DNA of 51,263 nucleotides. It comes from Elusimicrobiota bacterium (GTDB taxonomy: Bacteria > Elusimicrobiota > Endomicrobiia > CG1-02-37-114 > JAHJSO01). Under the pieces are notes generated by a model. The model saw only the letters and a list, made by a program, of their open reading frames with translations. It ran no database searches and was not told the DNA's origin. Positions 48,570 to 51,263 of the stretch are shown in pieces. The first letter of the stretch is position 1; each line of letters opens with the position of its first letter. The position numbers were made by a program, and so were the translations under genes. The stretch is from the NCBI GenBank assembly GCA_043826435.1, contig JBDRQF010000009.1, forward strand, positions 1 to 51,263, in the 5' to 3' direction.

Positions 48570-49859
48570 TCAAGTGGGCTGAATGAGAACCTTGCCGCCG
48601 GGCCGGACGACAGCAGTCCGTTCCGGCAACACAATAAGACAGTTTGAATTTACCATTGATTTAAGTATTCCGGAACCCTGCCCGCCTGTAAGACGCACAA
48701 AATATTTTCCGTCCCGCAGGGTGTACATCCCCCTTAAGAAGTTGGTCTTCCCCGGCTGGACATCAATCTTTTCTTCGGATGTTGCGACCACGAGGCGGGG
48801 TAAGATTTTTTTGCTTCCCTGCATTTTTAACATCGCCGGCCGGACATACTGCTCAAAACATAGCAGGGTTGAAACCGTGTTCCCAGGGAGACCGAAAACT
48901 AGCACGCCTCTACAGACGCCAAAAAAGAGCGGCTGACCCGGCCTCTGCCTGACTTTCCAGAATTTCTGGATAATCCCTGTTTCCTTCAGGACATCCTTTA
49001 CATAGTCATGCTCTCCGACGGAAACACCGGCGGAAACCAATAAAATATTTACAGGTGGCTTCCCGGTGCGGATATTACCGGCTGGCTTCAGTGCAGGCTC
49101 CATCGCCGCAAGAATCTTCTTCCTGATTTCTGATTTTATGTCCTTTGCTATTCCCAGAAGTATCGGGGTGCCTCCGGCACAGACCACGGAATTATAAAGC
49201 GTCCATGAATTTGTATCTATTATTTTACCATCAGGAATGCGACGGGGTATCCTTCCTGTATTTGCGGAGACAAGTTCGTTGCCTGTGGCAAGCACCGCAA
49301 CCCGCGGCCTGCAAAAAACATCAACCCGGCTGATGCCCATCTGGGCTAACAAACCTATCTCCTGCGGCCTGATGAGATGCCCCCTCAGTAATACCCTTTC
49401 GCCTTTTGAAACGTTTTCTCCTCGGTATCTTATGTGCTGACCTCTCTTCGCCGGTCTGAAAATTTTTATTCTCGCGGGGGTGCTTCTCGCAGAACTGCTC
49501 TCAACATCTTCTATCGGAATGACCGCATCGGCGCCCGCTGGTATTGTGGCGCCGGTAAAAATTTCAACGCACTCTCCGGACCGCGGGGTTATCCCCTTTA
49601 TTTTTGATTTTCCGTCGCCCGCCTTTATTTCACCGATGATTTTCAGTATAACCGGTTTTGAACGTCCGGCGGACAGCGTGTCCTTCGCCCTGACTGCAAA
49701 CCCGTCCATCGCAGAGTTGTTCACCGACGGCAGTGCCACCCCCGAGTACACGTCCTTTGCGATATATCTGCCGAGAGAGTCGGGCACGTTTATCTTTTCA
49801 GATCCCAATTCCCGGGTATTTTCAAGTACGGATTTTATTGCCGTCCCGTATGATATCAT
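48570..49859 (-). CDS. moeA: Molybdopterin molybdotransferase
   Basis: SAMDGFAV, IFTGATIPAGADAV, TGNEL, GVSVGEHDYV, LPGN. Confidence 0.95.
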   Translation of the reverse strand: MISYGTAIKSVLENTRELGSEKINVPDSLGRYIAKDVYSGVALPSVNNSAMDGFAVRAKDTLSAGRSKPVILKIIGEIKAGDGKSKIKGITPRSGECVEIFTGATIPAGADAVIPIEDVESSSARSTPARIKIFRPAKRGQHIRYRGENVSKGERVLLRGHLIRPQEIGLLAQMGISRVDVFCRPRVAVLATGNELVSANTGRIPRRIPDGKIIDTNSWTLYNSVVCAGGTPILLGIAKDIKSEIRKKILAAMEPALKPAGNIRTGKPPVNILLVSAGVSVGEHDYVKDVLKETGIIQKFWKVRQRPGQPLFFGVCRGVLVFGLPGNTVSTLLCFEQYVRPAMLKMQGSKKILPRLVVATSEEKIDVQPGKTNFLRGMYTLRDGKYFVRLTGGQGSGILKSMVNSNCLIVLPERTAVVRPGGKVLIQPT

Positions 49860-49871
49860 TTTTAATCCCCC

Positions 49872-49898
49872 TGTCATGCTGAACTTGTTTCAACATCT
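49872..49898. repeat. Single GTCATGCTGAACTTGTTTCAACATC palindromic element
   Basis: GTCA-leading imperfect hairpin between hypA and moeA. Confidence 0.5.
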
Positions 49899-49935
49899 GC
49901 TTTCGTCCCGTTATGCCCGGCAAAATTTAATCCGG

Positions 49936-50292
49936 TTATCCTTCAATTGATTCAACGTAAACGTCCTTTCCTGAAATTATGTCCATTGAATGCCCGCCGC
50001 ATTTATCACACGCCATAACCCCGTATGCATTTTCCTTTTTGTCTATCATGAGCTCTTTCTTACAATCCCTGCAGACCATTTTCACCGGCTCCATTTTAAT
50101 TTCAACCTCAGCGGACGAAGCGATACTCCCCGGCAAAACATGGTCAACCAGCGAGTGTTCCAGAAATTCCTTCTCAATACCGCTGGCGATACCGATTATT
50201 ATTTTTATTCTGCCAATCCTTTTGAGTCCGTGTTCCCTTGCTTTGTGTTCAATTATTTTAAAAAGTTCCTGTGCTATGCCCAGTTCATGCAT
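49936..50292 (-). CDS. hypA: Hydrogenase nickel metallochaperone
   Basis: MHE N-terminus, CRDC and CDKC. Confidence 0.95.
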   Translation of the reverse strand: MHELGIAQELFKIIEHKAREHGLKRIGRIKIIIGIASGIEKEFLEHSLVDHVLPGSIASSAEVEIKMEPVKMVCRDCKKELMIDKKENAYGVMACDKCGGHSMDIISGKDVYVESIEG

Positions 50293-50295
50293 GTT

Positions 50296-50808
50296 TTATA
50301 TCCCTGCAACCCTCACCGGTTCCGCCAGGCCTCCGACCAGAATGTCAACAGCAGACGACACCGGTTCCGACAACCCTTCTCCGAACTTTGTCGTTTTCGT
50401 CTGGATACCGGCGACATATATATCCGGAAGATTTTTTTTATCCGGCCAGGCGCCCTTTAAGTAAGTTATGAACGTTTTCAGCGAGAGGTTGTGGGTTGAA
50501 ATGCCCACCCCGACGATGTCTTTTTCAGTAAAGATTTGTATTGCCCCGGGACGGCCGCCTGTTTCTGCGGCATCTATGAACAGGATGGTTTCCGGCGGTG
50601 GGGACATTATCTCCCGGACGAAATTTTCAGGTGCGGTACCTGCGTCCAGCGTTCTGATGCGCGGATTGCCGGCACCGTACTCCCGCCTGTACCTGTTGAC
50701 AACTTCGCACCCGGCGCCGTCATCACCCCTGAGGGCATTGCCGATTCCCACGACAAGCAACTTTCTCTGGATTATATCTTTAAGGGTTTTCATTTTGCCT
50801 GTATCCAC
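50296..50808 (-). CDS. hycI: Hydrogenase maturation endopeptidase
   Basis: GIGNALRGDDGAG, GTAPEN, IDAA, STH. Confidence 0.9.
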   Translation of the reverse strand: MDTGKMKTLKDIIQRKLLVVGIGNALRGDDGAGCEVVNRYRREYGAGNPRIRTLDAGTAPENFVREIMSPPPETILFIDAAETGGRPGAIQIFTEKDIVGVGISTHNLSLKTFITYLKGAWPDKKNLPDIYVAGIQTKTTKFGEGLSEPVSSAVDILVGGLAEPVRVAGI

Positions 50809-50819
50809 GCAGGTAATGG

Positions 50820-50954
50820 GATTGCTTCGTCGCTAACGCTCCTCGCAATGACATCCTGCTGTCATTGCGAGTGACAGCGAAGCAATCTTACTTTTGATTA
50901 CAAGATTGCTTCGTCGCCAACGCTCCTCGCAATGACACGCTTTTCGCAATGACA
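50820..50954. repeat. Cluster of GTCATTGCG palindromic elements (three full, one partial)
   Basis: GATTGCTTCGTCGC(T/C)AACGCTCCTCGCAATGACA twice, TGTCATTGCGAGTGACAGCGAAGCAATC, TCGCAATGACA. Confidence 0.85.
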
Positions 50955-50981
50955 CAAATGCGGGGGTAAAATATTATACAA

Positions 50982-51263
50982 TTATTTGCCGTATTCGTCA
51001 AGAAGATGGATGTGGCGTCTGCATTTCGGACAGACCAGATTAAAGAGGTCGTTTCTTGATGACAATTGCCCGGATGGGGCTTGCCCCCCTATCCCAAGAA
51101 ATTTTTGGAGATATGAAAATTCCAGGAAGTTTCCATAGACCTGATGTTTTAGTTTTTCCGCTATCCAACGGAGCTGGTCTTCCGTAGCGATTATCTCCCC
51201 GCAGTGTTCGCAGACCACCAGTTCCTTCTGGACGTCGGCAAACAGGGTTTTCCTGTCAAAACA
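50982..51263 (-). CDS. 3' part of 4Fe-4S hydrogenase-associated subunit (5' end beyond window)
   Basis: Frame open to window edge; KELVVCEHCG...CPKCRR; upstream of hycI and hypA. Confidence 0.65.
   Translation of the reverse strand, partial: CFDRKTLFADVQKELVVCEHCGEIIATEDQLRWIAEKLKHQVYGNFLEFSYLQKFLGIGGQAPSGQLSSRNDLFNLVCPKCRRHIHLLDEYGK

Noticed and set aside
9766..50954. GTCATTGCG...GCAATC repeats as a CRISPR array
   Set aside because: Dispersed, variable, often in inverted pairs, no regular unique spacers, no cas genes.

Overview
Bacterial chromosomal window. The giant Ig-repeat gene and overall gene content resemble Elusimicrobiota, but this is inference only. Five blocks. (1) 1-13.6 kb: a minus-strand accessory operon: leader ORF ending ...PLVLRC, long hairpin, frameshifted HicB-like gene, MNT-HEPN pair, secreted HEAT-repeat protein and a giant (>=3448 codons, runs off the window, absent from the ORF track) secreted Ig-like repeat protein. 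The 5' ends of both the HEAT gene and the giant gene contain a homologous, fully nested antisense cassette: its own sigma70 promoter, a leaderless ~64-aa membrane protein and a 36-aa membrane peptide. The host frame stays open through both diverged copies. This dual-coding cassette is the most unusual element. (2) 13.6-24 kb: housekeeping genes (DUF1015, ndk, GTP-PEPCK, PBP1A, rsmG, rhomboid, DUF3467, rsmD, argD) with palindromic repeats and in-frame loop insertions. (3) 24-28.3 kb: a Zn/Mn-type uptake operon headed by a leaderless CxxC...RAPP leader peptide and a perfect 18-bp palindromic operator. (4) 28.5-48.5 kb: a ~20-kb minus-strand cluster headed by nikR with a GTGCTAC-N13-GTGCTAC site: cbiMN, an HmuSTUV-like module with a membrane-anchored CobN-like protein, TonB receptor, BtuFCD-like ABC, a second CobN, a ChlI/D-type ATPase and ExbBD-TonB. 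(5) 48.5-51.3 kb: moeA, hypA, a hydrogenase maturation protease and the 3' end of a 4Fe-4S hydrogenase subunit. No rRNA, tRNA or CRISPR array was seen.
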